From Gammaproteobacteria bacterium (GTDB lineage: Bacteria > Pseudomonadota > Gammaproteobacteria > UBA4575), in contig CBDCUI010000009.1 of assembly GCA_965222615.1 (NCBI GenBank), positions 448,001-512,000 of the forward strand: a stretch of 64,000 nt of DNA, written 5' to 3'. Made by a program: the position numbers and the translations under genes. Position 1 is the stretch's first letter. Each line of letters opens with the position of its first letter. Below are positions 11,001-20,533 of the stretch, piece by piece. Below the pieces are notes generated by a model that was not told where the DNA came from, did not search any database, and was given only the letters and a program-made list of their open reading frames with translations.

Positions 11001-11528
11001 CTTTATAATGAACTTTTGGCACGTGCAGTCGCTGCACTGAAGGCTGGGGATATACCTGAACTTGATCAACCTTTTGAGCAAGGCATTGAGGTGGATTTAG
11101 GTATGCCAGCCCTGCTCCCTGAAGACTATGTGCCTGATGTGCATACTCGATTGGTGTTATACAAGCGCATTGCTAGTGCCAAGGCACAGGATGATCTAGA
11201 TGACCTTGAAGTTGAACTGATTGATCGTTTTGGCTTATTGCCTGAATACGCCAAAAACTTATTTCACGTCACTCGACTCAAGCTTATCGCAACAAATTTT
11301 GGAGTTATTCGCATTGAAGTAGGTCATGAAATAATACGTCTACGCTTTGCTAAAACACCTAATATAGATGTAAACAAATTATTATTTCTCATTCAAAATG
11401 ATCCGGAAATGTATAAACTGGATGGATCTGAGAAATTGACTATTTATACCGAAACAAACAATATTCAGGAACGTTTTGATACTATAGTAGGTCTATTAAA
11501 CAATCTACAATTAAAACAAGCTGCTTAA
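8073..11528 (+). CDS. mfd: Transcription-repair coupling factor
   Basis: UvrB-like N-terminus, CarD-like domain (VVHEDHGVGRY), GDVGFGKT, DEEQRFG, C-terminal TRCF domain. Confidence 0.99.
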   Translation: MNIFNPPLPNQGHKHITWGRTYGCSKGLVLAQAIEQSNGLTLIVTPDIQSAQLLQSELDFFCDPDTKIYVFPDSETLPYDVFSPHEDIISDRVLTLCSLPKIKQGALIISASTILTRLAPKSFVLGQTLNLAVNEQIDLETFKQTLIKAGYQYVSQVISHGEFAVRGSIIDLYPMGCKSPYRIDLLDDEIETIRIFNPETQVSSDKVDKLQILPAREFPTDDASIKRFRQNYRVQFEGDPNKSVIYRDVSNNNLPSGIEYYLPLFCEETSTFFDYIPENCQLVLIENTIEIAEEFENDIFSRYEQRKYDLERPPLHPKQLWISTEYFEKNIYKYNTIRLQQYELEQLHRDQYNFDTHALPNVAINTHIKEPASELKRFIETKNYKILFISESPGRREYLLDVLKGFALHPTTVDNWHEFLKLETKIAITIGPLEEGLVLEQDNIAIITENNLFGARAKQKRQRRRQIRDAEALIKNLSDLSEGSPVVHEDHGVGRYKGLKTLTLSGTETEFLTLEYTDGDILYVPVSSLHLISRYTGASEENAPLHRLGGEAWKNIKRRAAERARDVAAELLDIYSRREAKQGYQYEVDHIELNSFCTTFPYEETPDQQKAIDDVTVDMQSTRPMDRVVCGDVGFGKTEVAMRAAFIAASSGKQVAVLVPTTLLASQHFQSFSDRFADWPLRIEHISRFISAKNQKIILSGLEQGTVDIIIGTHKLLSSDIKFKNLGLIVVDEEQRFGVRQKEVLKKMRTEVDVLTLTATPIPRTLNMSLSGLRDLSIIATPPNHRHAIKTFVSTWNDHMIQEACLRELKRGGQVFFLHNEVKTIEKTAKEIQQLLPDTTIKIAHGQMPERDLEQVMLDFYHQRFSILVCTTIIENGIDIPSANTIIINRADKLGLSQLHQIRGRVGRSHHRAYAYLIAPPRAVITADAAKRLEAIESLEDLGVGFTLATHDLEIRGAGELLGAEQSGQIQEIGFTLYNELLARAVAALKAGDIPELDQPFEQGIEVDLGMPALLPEDYVPDVHTRLVLYKRIASAKAQDDLDDLEVELIDRFGLLPEYAKNLFHVTRLKLIATNFGVIRIEVGHEIIRLRFAKTPNIDVNKLLFLIQNDPEMYKLDGSEKLTIYTETNNIQERFDTIVGLLNNLQLKQAA

Positions 11529-11537
11529 TTTCAGTAT

Positions 11538-12215
11538 ATGAATTTCAAAATAAAATTATACGTTCTGGTACTTATACTAAATGCCTGTCCAGTGGCTCTT
11601 GCCAAGGACTATATTGTAGAAATGATTTTTTTTGCTGACACCAGTAATTCAGCAGCAAGCTCTTTACATATTTCAACACAACCTGTTGTTCCAAATTTAC
11701 AAGGCTCATTAATTTTAAATGACAATGCTGTCTCTCATGGTTTTATCCCCTACCCAAACGAAGCGTTAACCTTAACGAATCAAGCTGCGGCCCTCAAAAA
11801 AACAGGCCGCTATAGAATATTAAAACATATTGCTTGGTTACAACCTGGCCTTGCGCGTGAAGAAGCTATCCCGGTTCGCATACATGCCGGTAAAAACTAT
11901 CGTAACGAATTCCGTGAGCGGTCATTTGCTCAGGCAGATTTTAGTGACCGAAAACTTCCTAAAAATCATCCGGTTAATGAGCTCGACGGCACGGTAAAAG
12001 TGGTGCTAGGCCGCTACTTACATGTGTATACGGATTTAGCCTATCGCAGGCCATTTTCGATAAATTCTTTTGCTGAGGGTAATGCACTTGGCCGTGACCG
12101 AGTATTGGCTGACTTTGCAGTTAAAACGCATCGCAAAATGCGCAGCAAACAACTCCATTACCTTGATCACCCATTGCTGGGAATATTGGTAGAAATCCGA
12201 CCCGCCGACTCCTAA
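11538..12215 (+). CDS. CsiV-family periplasmic peptidoglycan-binding protein
   Basis: Signal peptide, Y-x-VEMIFF, C-terminal RKMRSKQLHYLDHPLLGILVEI; downstream of mfd as is usual for this family. Confidence 0.8.
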   Translation: MNFKIKLYVLVLILNACPVALAKDYIVEMIFFADTSNSAASSLHISTQPVVPNLQGSLILNDNAVSHGFIPYPNEALTLTNQAAALKKTGRYRILKHIAWLQPGLAREEAIPVRIHAGKNYRNEFRERSFAQADFSDRKLPKNHPVNELDGTVKVVLGRYLHVYTDLAYRRPFSINSFAEGNALGRDRVLADFAVKTHRKMRSKQLHYLDHPLLGILVEIRPADS

Positions 12216-12379
12216 TCATCAACACCTTTGTCCTTGAAAAGTAGCTTTGCAGTCACTTGTAGTAGTTACAAAAGAACCTTTGGTAAGATATTCATAACCT
12301 TATATATTTGACTTCGCTTTCCATCGAGTTTTGCTGCGATACATTACGCCCAACTGTAAATTTATATGGGCACCAGCAA

Positions 12380-12934
12380 ATGGAAAACGAGCTAGCTAAT
12401 CCTTATTTACCCCCAAAAAGCGCTGTACAAACCGAAGCATCCACTTCATCAGAAGCCTATTTTTTTGCCGTATCACCTATCAAATTAACTTTAATGTCAT
12501 TTTGTACATTTGGTCTTTATGAACTATTCTGGTTTTATAAAAATTGGGTAATTATCAGAGAAAGAACAGGGAAAAATCTTCTTGCATTTGTAAGAGCATT
12601 CTTTGCACCCATCTGGGCCTATAGTTGCTTTAAACACATCAAAACTTCTGCCATTAATCACAATCTCGAGGCTTCAATTTCCATCGGTTTATTAGCTGTA
12701 GCCTATTTCATACTATCTGTATTATGGCAGCTGCCTGACCCATATTGGCTAGTCTCATGCTTTACTTTCACCTGCTTACTGCCCGCAAATGATCTAGCCA
12801 TTAAGCTAAATGCTCAACTGACTCCAGAATTTAATAACAATAAGTTCTCGGCATGGAATTGGGTCGCGCTAGTGCTAGGCGGATCGTTTTTTATCTTAGC
12901 GATAATTGGAACATTTATGCCGGCAGAATATTAG
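12380..12934 (+). CDS. Hypothetical membrane protein (DUF4234-like)
   Basis: NPYLPP N-terminus, TFGLYELFWFYKNW motif, several TM segments. Confidence 0.6.
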   Translation: MENELANPYLPPKSAVQTEASTSSEAYFFAVSPIKLTLMSFCTFGLYELFWFYKNWVIIRERTGKNLLAFVRAFFAPIWAYSCFKHIKTSAINHNLEASISIGLLAVAYFILSVLWQLPDPYWLVSCFTFTCLLPANDLAIKLNAQLTPEFNNNKFSAWNWVALVLGGSFFILAIIGTFMPAEY

Positions 12935-12963
12935 GCCTAGTCGCACTATTCAACTGCAGTGGA

Positions 12964-13710
12964 TCAATTAGTTGCCAAGCTAATACAAGCTAACAATAAT
13001 TTGTGTACCGAGCCCATACCTTTTTGTACACATTGTTGAATTTCACCTATTGAAATTTCTTCTTTACTCTTTCCTGCAGCCCAATTTACACACAATGCAC
13101 AGCATGCATAACAAAGCCCAAGTTCTTTAGCTAAAGCGGCCTCAGGCATTCCCGTCATTCCCACAATGTCACAGCCATCTTTTTCCATGCGTATAATTTC
13201 TGCGGCCGTTTCTAAACGTGGTCCTTGCATCGCTCCATAAGTAGCACCTGCAAATACATCTAAGTCAATATCATTAGCGGCTTGCAACAACATTTCCCTT
13301 AACTCATTACAATAAGGGTTAGTAAAATCGATATGACTTACAGATTGTAAGTCATCTTCAAAAAATGTGTGCTTACGTGAGTGAGTGTAGTCAATAATTT
13401 GATCAGGGATGATAATTTTCTTGGGGGGAATATCTAAGTGGATTCCACCTACTGCAGCAACTGCAATTACATGTGTAATTCCAATACTGTGTAAGCCCCA
13501 TATATTGGCACGATAATTTATCTTATGAGGAGGTATCGCATGTGTGGCCCCATGTCTTGGTAAAAAAATAATTTCATGACCAGCTAACTCGCCAAAGATA
13601 AACTCTCCACTTGCTGGTCCGTACGGTGTATCGATGTTTTTTTTAGACGTTATTTGTAAATCGTCGATTGAGGTGAGCCCTGTTCCTCCGATAATTGCAA
13701 TCCGCTTCAT
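12964..13710 (-). CDS. mtiP: S-methyl-5'-thioinosine/thioadenosine phosphorylase
   Basis: IIGGTG, RHG..H..PPH.INYRAN, GPRLET, GMTGMPEA; VNWAAG has the Asn typical of 6-oxopurine specificity. Confidence 0.85.
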   Translation of the reverse strand: MKRIAIIGGTGLTSIDDLQITSKKNIDTPYGPASGEFIFGELAGHEIIFLPRHGATHAIPPHKINYRANIWGLHSIGITHVIAVAAVGGIHLDIPPKKIIIPDQIIDYTHSRKHTFFEDDLQSVSHIDFTNPYCNELREMLLQAANDIDLDVFAGATYGAMQGPRLETAAEIIRMEKDGCDIVGMTGMPEAALAKELGLCYACCALCVNWAAGKSKEEISIGEIQQCVQKGMGSVHKLLLACISLATN

Positions 13711-13720
13711 ACTCTTTTCT

Positions 13721-13855
13721 TAGGGAGACTCTGATTTATTAATGAAATGACTGAGATTAGGCAAAAAATAACGAGAAAGCGGAGTGTATATGCTAATACA
13801 TGAGCATTTCGAGATATTTTTTAACGCCATATCAGAATAAATCAGGGTTTCCCTA
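13721..13855. repeat. RPE-like palindromic element, copy 1
   Basis: Terminal IR TAGGGARACYCTGATTT; core GCGGAGTGTATATG-N3-ATACATGAGCA; the right IR contains the hpt TAG stop. Confidence 0.8.
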
Positions 13856-14410
13856 GTTTTCGTTTACGGCATAGACATCAGTCAGATTCCGCCAATACCC
13901 TTTATAGTCCATCCCCCAACCAAATACATACCGATCTATTACCTCAAGCCCAACAATGTCTGGGTCGTTATCAGTGTGTTTTTTTGCCAGAATTTTTTTT
14001 AATAATACTACTGACGACACTTTTCTAGCACCTTTAGCATCGCAATAGGCAATCAGTTCTTGCATGGTATAACCTTCGTCAAAAATATCGTCTATCAAAA
14101 AAACCAAGCGATCTTTCAGACTAATATCTGGTTCTTTATGCCAGTGGATACTACCACCTTGAGTTTGATCTCGATATCGATCTACATGTACATAATCTAA
14201 TTCAATAGGTGATTGAATACGCTTCATAAGCTCAGATGTAAATAAAAGACCACCCTTCATCACACATAAAAATACCGGCACTTCATTTTCAAATAAATTT
14301 TTTAATTTTGCAGCAACTTGGTCAATTGCTACCTCCATTTCTTTTTTTGAAATTAGAACATCGGCATTTTCCTTCGTTTCCAATGCATCTTTTGATATTG
14401 AATCATCCAT
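13853..14410 (-). CDS. hpt: Hypoxanthine-guanine phosphoribosyltransferase
   Basis: PRPP-binding motif LIDDIFDEGYT; YVFGWGMDYKGYWRNL. Confidence 0.9.
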   Translation of the reverse strand: MDDSISKDALETKENADVLISKKEMEVAIDQVAAKLKNLFENEVPVFLCVMKGGLLFTSELMKRIQSPIELDYVHVDRYRDQTQGGSIHWHKEPDISLKDRLVFLIDDIFDEGYTMQELIAYCDAKGARKVSSVVLLKKILAKKHTDNDPDIVGLEVIDRYVFGWGMDYKGYWRNLTDVYAVNEN

Positions 14411-14419
14411 GGAATTAAA

Positions 14420-15538
14420 TTATGCGCTTTGCGCAGAAATTACATCTGCAGCAGCTTTGTCAGCATGTAGTACCTGTGTGGGAAAGGCAATTTCGGCATT
14501 ATGTTTTTCAATTATTTCAGAAATTTTTAATAGCACATCATGCTTCACTTCATGATATTTAATCCAGTTTGTGGTCTTAGTGAAGGTATAGACAAAGAAA
14601 TCTACTGAAGACTCACTGAACTGATTAAAATTAACAATCATAGTTTGATTTTTATCTATTTCTTCATGCTCCATTAACATTTGTTTCACGTCTTCAACAA
14701 TTGTGTTCATCACCTTAATATCGTCATAGCGTATGCCGATAGTTTCATAAATACGTCTGTGAGACATACGTGAAGGATTCTCAACAATGATATTCATAAA
14801 AATAGAATTTGGCACATAGATTGGACGCTTACTAAAAGTTCGTATTCTTGTCTGACGCCAACCGATTTCTTCAACTGTGCCTTCTAATTCCTTATCAGGA
14901 GAGCGTATCCAATCCCCTACTCGAAAAGGGCGATCGAGGTAAATCATTAAGCCACCAAAAAAATTTGACAACAAGTCTTTTGCGGCAAAACCTACTGCAA
15001 TACCGCCTATTCCACCAAAAGCCAACACACCGGAAATACTAAATCCAAGTGTTTGCAACATCACCAAACCCGCAGTGATAAAAACAGATGCGCGTACGAG
15101 TTTTGTCAAGGCATGTGTTGTGGTTAAATCAACAGACTCACCTTTCTGATAGCATCTTTTAATAAAAGCTTTTTCAAATTCTTTAACAAACCGAATTAAA
15201 AACCAGGCTAAGATTGCAATGATGGCAACTTCCCTAATCGGTTCTACTGCCTGAAAGATTTCTGCATCAGTCCTGCTTGCAACGATATCAGCTGCAAATA
15301 AAATACCAATAATCCAAATTAAAATTCTTAACGGTTTTTCAACCGTATTTACAAAGGCATCATCCCAAGGGTTTTCTGATTGTGCTACCTTCTTGCTGAG
15401 CTTTCGCAAAAAAATTCTAACAACAAAATTAAAACATAAAACAGCTAAAACGATGACAAACACTTGCACAACCCATGGGCCAAGATAATCTGACATAGTT
15501 AAATTATTAAAGAAGTTCGATAAGTCTATTTTTTCCAT
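14420..15538 (-). CDS. MscS-family mechanosensitive channel
   Basis: GIAVGFAAKD, RPFRVGDWI, GTVEEIGWR, IAFPT motifs. Confidence 0.95.
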   Translation of the reverse strand: MEKIDLSNFFNNLTMSDYLGPWVVQVFVIVLAVLCFNFVVRIFLRKLSKKVAQSENPWDDAFVNTVEKPLRILIWIIGILFAADIVASRTDAEIFQAVEPIREVAIIAILAWFLIRFVKEFEKAFIKRCYQKGESVDLTTTHALTKLVRASVFITAGLVMLQTLGFSISGVLAFGGIGGIAVGFAAKDLLSNFFGGLMIYLDRPFRVGDWIRSPDKELEGTVEEIGWRQTRIRTFSKRPIYVPNSIFMNIIVENPSRMSHRRIYETIGIRYDDIKVMNTIVEDVKQMLMEHEEIDKNQTMIVNFNQFSESSVDFFVYTFTKTTNWIKYHEVKHDVLLKISEIIEKHNAEIAFPTQVLHADKAAADVISAQSA

Positions 15539-15567
15539 TATTAAACTTTAGTTTTCTACGATGAGTT

Positions 15568-16617
15568 CTAAATTGTGAGTTCACCATATGGTGAATCTTG
15601 ATATGATTCAACTTGTGCTACAGCATACTTCCATTCATTTGTATCACGCAAAATCTGATAAGAAGGTGGATCTTTGCCTCCATGCATTCGAGTTAAACGA
15701 ATTTGTGATGCTGGATTGTTATAGTTTTCTAGTCTCTCTGCAACTTCACAAGACTGATCACTAGCATTACAAATTAACACCATATCGCAACCTGCACGTA
15801 AAGCTTTTTCAGCACGTTGTAAATATTCAGAATCACATTCAGCTGCTTTCATACTAAGATCATCACTGAAAATGACACCTTTAAAATCTAACTGTTGGCG
15901 CAAAACAATATCCAACCATTTTTTTGAATAAGTCGCTACTTCACTATCTACTTTTTCGTAAACGACATGGGCACTCATAATTCCTGCCAGGCCATGATCA
16001 ATCATGCGTTGAAACGGCACCAAATCGTCCATCAAAATATCTTGGAAATCACGACTATCGGTAGGTAAATCGATGTGTGAATCTGCAATCACTGCACCAT
16101 GGCCAGGAAAATGTTTACCTACTGCCTGCATACCTGCTTTTCGCATTCCATGTATATAACGTAATGCCAGTGTAGATACGACATCGGGATCTTTATGAAA
16201 GGCACGATCTCCAATGACCTTACTCACTCCATGATCGAGATCGAGTATTGGTGCAAAACTGAAATCAACACCAATTGACCGCAATTCAGCTGCCATCAAC
16301 CAGCCAGTTACTTCCGCTAATTCACATGCCCGTGAGGCATCCGCCTCATATTCCTTGCCCAACAAACTAAGCGCTGGCAATTGTGTAAAGCCATCACGCA
16401 AACGTTGTACTCGCCCGCCTTCTTGGTCGATGGCCACCAGCAGTCTCGGATGACGGATTGCGTGAATCTCATCAATAAGATCTATTAGATTTTCAACTGA
16501 AGTAAAATTACGACTAAATAGGATGACGCCTCCTACCTGAGGTGATTCCAAAAGCTTGCGTTCTCGTGCAGAAATGCTATCTGCACAAAGATCTACCATG
16601 AGTGGACCAAGTGACAT
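15568..16617 (-). CDS. nagZ: Beta-N-acetylhexosaminidase (GH3)
   Basis: DQEGGRVQR, KHFPGHG..ADSH, SDDLSM. Confidence 0.97.
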   Translation of the reverse strand: MSLGPLMVDLCADSISARERKLLESPQVGGVILFSRNFTSVENLIDLIDEIHAIRHPRLLVAIDQEGGRVQRLRDGFTQLPALSLLGKEYEADASRACELAEVTGWLMAAELRSIGVDFSFAPILDLDHGVSKVIGDRAFHKDPDVVSTLALRYIHGMRKAGMQAVGKHFPGHGAVIADSHIDLPTDSRDFQDILMDDLVPFQRMIDHGLAGIMSAHVVYEKVDSEVATYSKKWLDIVLRQQLDFKGVIFSDDLSMKAAECDSEYLQRAEKALRAGCDMVLICNASDQSCEVAERLENYNNPASQIRLTRMHGGKDPPSYQILRDTNEWKYAVAQVESYQDSPYGELTI

Positions 16618-16707
16618 TGAGTGAATTATTCGCTAAACCGCGCTGAAATTGAAGTTAGGTTTCTCCACTTGATTAAGAAAGTGGGTCATTCCAACAGATT
16701 ACCTAGA

Positions 16708-16740
16708 CAAAAAAAGGCCGCCAATCTAGGCGGCCGAATC
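16708..16740 (-). terminator. Intrinsic terminator with the same stem as the sRNA-like repeat
   Basis: On the minus strand GATTC-GGCCGCC-N6-GGCGGCC-T7. Confidence 0.75.
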
Positions 16741-16803
16741 TAAAACAGGCTGCTTATGAGATCAATCAAGCCTCATTATGTAGCTTACTAAACCAAAATA
16801 TTA

Positions 16804-17376
16804 TCAATTCAACCTATGAGTATTTGCCTTCTCTTCCGTTGTTAGATGACAGATCTTATCAGTGATAACAAAGTGATTAGCCTCGTCGGATGAATTTAAA
16901 TTTGATTTAAAATTCTTACTCAATTTTTTAATTTGGTTAGTCGTAAGCATCAATTTCAAAAGCGGCAAAATCGTATTTACTTCTGTATCCATATGTTCCC
17001 TTTGTCGTTGAATACATGTATCTAATTGTTCTTCAAATATTTTTTTCTCGAAAACAGTATCACCCATTGCGGCTTTGACATATTCACGTAGAGATTTTGC
17101 CAATGCTTTGAGCTCGGTGTTTTCTGCACGGTATTGATTTATTAGGCTATTAAAGCCATAAAAATTGTATTTTTCAGTTGATTCACGAAATATTGCATTT
17201 TCTTTCGGAATCAAGAAAGAGTCTGGATATGCTTCGATAAAATTTACCGCATCCAGTAATGCAAGATAATCAACATCCTCACCGTTATGAAGTAATTCCA
17301 ATTGATCTGAAAGAAAATCTAATACTTTACCTACCTTTTCACGTCCATTTTTTATGTAATCTATGATGTTTTCCAT
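16804..17376 (-). CDS. Hemerythrin-like protein with degenerate His ligands
   Basis: DY...YPD.F..PKE..IF and QREHMDTE..ILP patterns of hemerythrin/HHE proteins. Confidence 0.6.
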   Translation of the reverse strand: MENIIDYIKNGREKVGKVLDFLSDQLELLHNGEDVDYLALLDAVNFIEAYPDSFLIPKENAIFRESTEKYNFYGFNSLINQYRAENTELKALAKSLREYVKAAMGDTVFEKKIFEEQLDTCIQRQREHMDTEVNTILPLLKLMLTTNQIKKLSKNFKSNLNSSDEANHFVITDKICHLTTEEKANTHRLN

Positions 17377-17757
17377 AACAAATTCCCCTTTTTAAAATCC
17401 CTTAATCAAAATAAATAGTATTATTAACAACGAGTTATGTAATTAATTGATTAATCATGTTTTTGGCAATATTAATAAAATATTTGGATATGAGGATAAA
17501 TACATGACAAAACGTAATGCTTTTGGGATATATGGAGCCACTTATTTGAGCCACAGACATGTCAGTCGAGATGGCAGTCAAATGACCTACTCGAGTCAGA
17601 AATGATTCAATTAGTGTATCTACAATACAGTCTGCGCTAAGACCCTACTCCGAAAGGACCAATAACCTCGAGTAAATTACTTGCTAAATGACACCGAAGT
17701 TGGACTACTTTCCTTGCCGATTCAACCGGTCATTTGAAATAAGACAAAAGAATTAAA

Positions 17758-18330
17758 TTAAATTTCTTTTTTTGCATTGTCTACTATTTTTATCGCAATT
17801 TTTTTAGCTTTTATTGCAGCTTTGTAATCACCGGTTACATGTGCGACAGCAATTGCACCTTCTTGTAATAAATTTATCTCTTCGGCCACACGCAAAGAAT
17901 CTTTTAAATTTGCTGCCCTGGCCAACTCTTCGAAGTAAGCCAACATTAATCTCTTATGTAATTTAGCTTCTTGAAAAACTGGATTTTTTTTATCACTGTA
18001 TTCACCAGCTGCGCTCACGAATGGGCAACCATAAAAAGACTTATTTATGAACCAAGTTTCTAAGTAATCAAATGTAGCCAATAGTTTTCGTGTAGGTTCT
18101 TTTGCTTTTTTTTCAACATAGTGCTGCATTCGTTCTCGATATTCTTTATCAATGCGCTTTAATACTGTGATGATGAGTTCTTCTTTGGTTTCAAAATGAC
18201 GATACAAAGTGGTTTTTGCAATACCTGCTTCTGCAATAACTTTATCCACACCAGCTGCATGATAACCATAGCGATTAAATAACTTAGTCGCTACCTTGAT
18301 TAATTGTTCTCGTTTCTCTGCACGTTTCAT
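17758..18330 (-). CDS. TetR/AcrR family regulator
   Basis: N-terminal HTH (AGIAKTTLYRHFETKEEL); GCPF motif. Confidence 0.93.
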   Translation of the reverse strand: MKRAEKREQLIKVATKLFNRYGYHAAGVDKVIAEAGIAKTTLYRHFETKEELIITVLKRIDKEYRERMQHYVEKKAKEPTRKLLATFDYLETWFINKSFYGCPFVSAAGEYSDKKNPVFQEAKLHKRLMLAYFEELARAANLKDSLRVAEEINLLQEGAIAVAHVTGDYKAAIKAKKIAIKIVDNAKKEI

Positions 18331-18462
18331 TATCAGCTTATTAAGTAAACATACCGGTTAGTATTATTTAGATGTAGGAAGACAACAAAATATTTTTAAA
18401 ATTTTTCATCTATTAATCTATAACATATTGTTTAATAAGTAAATATAGATATTAATCAAATC

Positions 18463-18515
18463 TTGACAAACGATACAGATCTGTCTACAGTGTGCGATAT
18501 AAGATACAGATCTGT
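18463..18515 (+). promoter_or_regulatory. Sigma70 promoter of the cytochrome P460 gene with tandem palindromic operators
   Basis: TTGACA-N17-TACAGT; GATACAGATCTGT occurs in the spacer and again just downstream of the -10. Confidence 0.7.
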
Positions 18516-18603
18516 AGCGTTTATTTGCGACACTACTTAAATGCTTTATCTCAGCGATTTAGGACTAACTAACAAATATATATACATATTGAGGAGAGTA
18601 CCC

Positions 18604-19209
18604 ATGAGATCACATATCAAATCTATGAGCATATTTCTTATGTTGTTGTCATTTTTATTCATCGGTAGCGTTATTGTCTATTCTAATACCGCTTTTTCTA
18701 ACACAACCCCTTCATGGGGACCCAAATGGAATGCTAAAGGTGAACTAGTATTACCGAGTAATTATCACACTTGGGTATTTCTAGGCTCTCCCTTAACACC
18801 ACATGCATTAAACGACGGCAAAGCTGGATTTCCTGAATACCATAATGTTTATATTCAACCTGAAGCCTTCGAAATCTATCGAAAAACCGGTGACTTTCCA
18901 GAGGGCACAATTCTTTTAAAAGAACTACAACTCACTATGCCTGGCACTTATGACGATGGTTCTCGCATGGAAGCATCCGGACGTGGCTTTTTCCCAGCAC
19001 AGTTAAATGGCATAGATATTTCAGTTAAAGATAGTGTGCGTTTTAAAGATACCAATGGTTGGGGCTTTTTTAACTTTGGTCATCATGCTCCACCATATGC
19101 AAAAACATCAGCTGCATTGCCTAAAGACGCCTGCGCAGCTTGCCATATAGCAAATGCTGATGGCATGGTATTTATCAAATTTTATACACCAATTTTAAAC
19201 GCAAAATAG
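18604..19209 (+). CDS. cytL: Cytochrome P460 family protein
   Basis: GELVLP..Y..WV, NVYI.P, FPEGTILLKE (cross-link Lys position), VKDS.RF, C-terminal CAACH; RBS GAGGAG before ATG 18604. Confidence 0.88.
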   Translation: MRSHIKSMSIFLMLLSFLFIGSVIVYSNTAFSNTTPSWGPKWNAKGELVLPSNYHTWVFLGSPLTPHALNDGKAGFPEYHNVYIQPEAFEIYRKTGDFPEGTILLKELQLTMPGTYDDGSRMEASGRGFFPAQLNGIDISVKDSVRFKDTNGWGFFNFGHHAPPYAKTSAALPKDACAACHIANADGMVFIKFYTPILNAK

Positions 19210-19376
19210 AACTTGTTCCCCAGCCTGAAAGCCTGCGCCCTTCCTCCCCATTTTTATGCAGGCTTTCTTCTTTGCAATGAGAAATATTATGAATTCACCA
19301 ATCGATGGCGAAAATCGATGGGGTCAAACTGATCATACCCTGGTTTGGTGGAGTCCAAGAAAGAGGATGGTTTAGT

Positions 19377-20240
19377 TTAACTGCTTGCATGTTGTCGTTC
19401 AAATTGTACAGGTGTTAAGTAATTCAAGTAACTGTGTCTACGCTGTCGATTGTAAAAAATCTCTATATATTCAAAGATACTGCGTTTAGCTTGTTCGCGT
19501 GTTTTATACTGACAATGATGAGTCAGCTCTGTCTTTAGTGTATGAAAGAAACTCTCCATCGCTGCATTATCTAAACAATTGCCTTTACGGCTCATACTAC
19601 AAGTCATGCGATGGTCTTTCAGTAGTTGATGATATTCAGAGGTGCGATATTCCATGCCTTGATCCGAGTGAATCAGTAAGTCTCGTTTGCGTGAGCGTTG
19701 ACTTAAAGCCATCCTAAGCGCATCCAACGTTAAGTGTTTATTACGTTTGTCTGACATCGACCAACCAATGATTTTTCTAGAAAATAAATCCATAATCACT
19801 GCGACATATAACCAACCGGCCCGAGTGGGCACATAGGTGTAATCGGATACCCAGCGTTGATTCGTGTGTTGCGCAGAGAAGTCACGTTGCAATTGATTGG
19901 TTTCTATATGTTCAAACGTCTTACCTCGCTTGCTTCGCTCCCATAAACATTTCATGCGCGTCTTTAACCCGGCTTGCTTCATCAAGCGTGCCACACGATG
20001 TTTGCCACATGGAACACCTGAGGCGTTCAGCTCAGCATGAATTCTAGGATAACCGTATGTCTGTCTTGAAGATTGATGAATATCGATAATCAGCTTCAGC
20101 AATTGTCGATTGGCTTTAGTACGCGCACTCATCGGCCGATCTCGCCATGCATAGTAACCACTCTCAGAGACTTGCAGTGCACGACATATCCAAGCAATTG
20201 GATAATCATGGCGATGCTGATGAACCCACTCAAACTTCAT
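19377..20240 (-). CDS. IS3 transposase OrfB (DDE/rve)
   Basis: WVSDYTY, HSDQG, SRKGNCLDNAAMESFF. Confidence 0.97.
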   Translation of the reverse strand: MKFEWVHQHRHDYPIAWICRALQVSESGYYAWRDRPMSARTKANRQLLKLIIDIHQSSRQTYGYPRIHAELNASGVPCGKHRVARLMKQAGLKTRMKCLWERSKRGKTFEHIETNQLQRDFSAQHTNQRWVSDYTYVPTRAGWLYVAVIMDLFSRKIIGWSMSDKRNKHLTLDALRMALSQRSRKRDLLIHSDQGMEYRTSEYHQLLKDHRMTCSMSRKGNCLDNAAMESFFHTLKTELTHHCQYKTREQAKRSIFEYIEIFYNRQRRHSYLNYLTPVQFERQHASS

Positions 20241-20533
20241 TCCGATAGCTTGGTGAAGTGGTGGGTCGCTTTTTTTAAAATCTCATTCTCTGCACGCAAA
20301 CGTTCGTTCTCTTTACGCAGTTTCGTTAATTGCGCAGCTTCACCACTTTGTTGACCTTTACCAGGAAAGGAATCTTCGCCTTTAATGGCCAATTGCTCTT
20401 TCCATTTGTATATTTGATTGACGCGAATACCAAGTTCACGCGCCACTTGAGTGACTGATTGGTCACTTTCTTCCGCTAATCGAATCGCTTCTAACTTAAA
20501 TTCTTTTGTGTATTGACGATATTGTCGTGGCAT
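20237..20533 (-). CDS. IS3 transposase OrfA (HTH); -1 frameshift fusion with OrfB
   Basis: YTKEFKLEAI..ILKKA; A7G slippery site at about 20269-20276; ATGA overlap with orfB. Confidence 0.95.
   Translation of the reverse strand: MPRQYRQYTKEFKLEAIRLAEESDQSVTQVARELGIRVNQIYKWKEQLAIKGEDSFPGKGQQSGEAAQLTKLRKENERLRAENEILKKATHHFTKLSE

Noticed and set aside
17530-17740. GC-richer intergenic stretch that might hold degenerate repeats or an RNA
   Set aside because: No consistent repeat unit, terminator or ORF could be established by eye.
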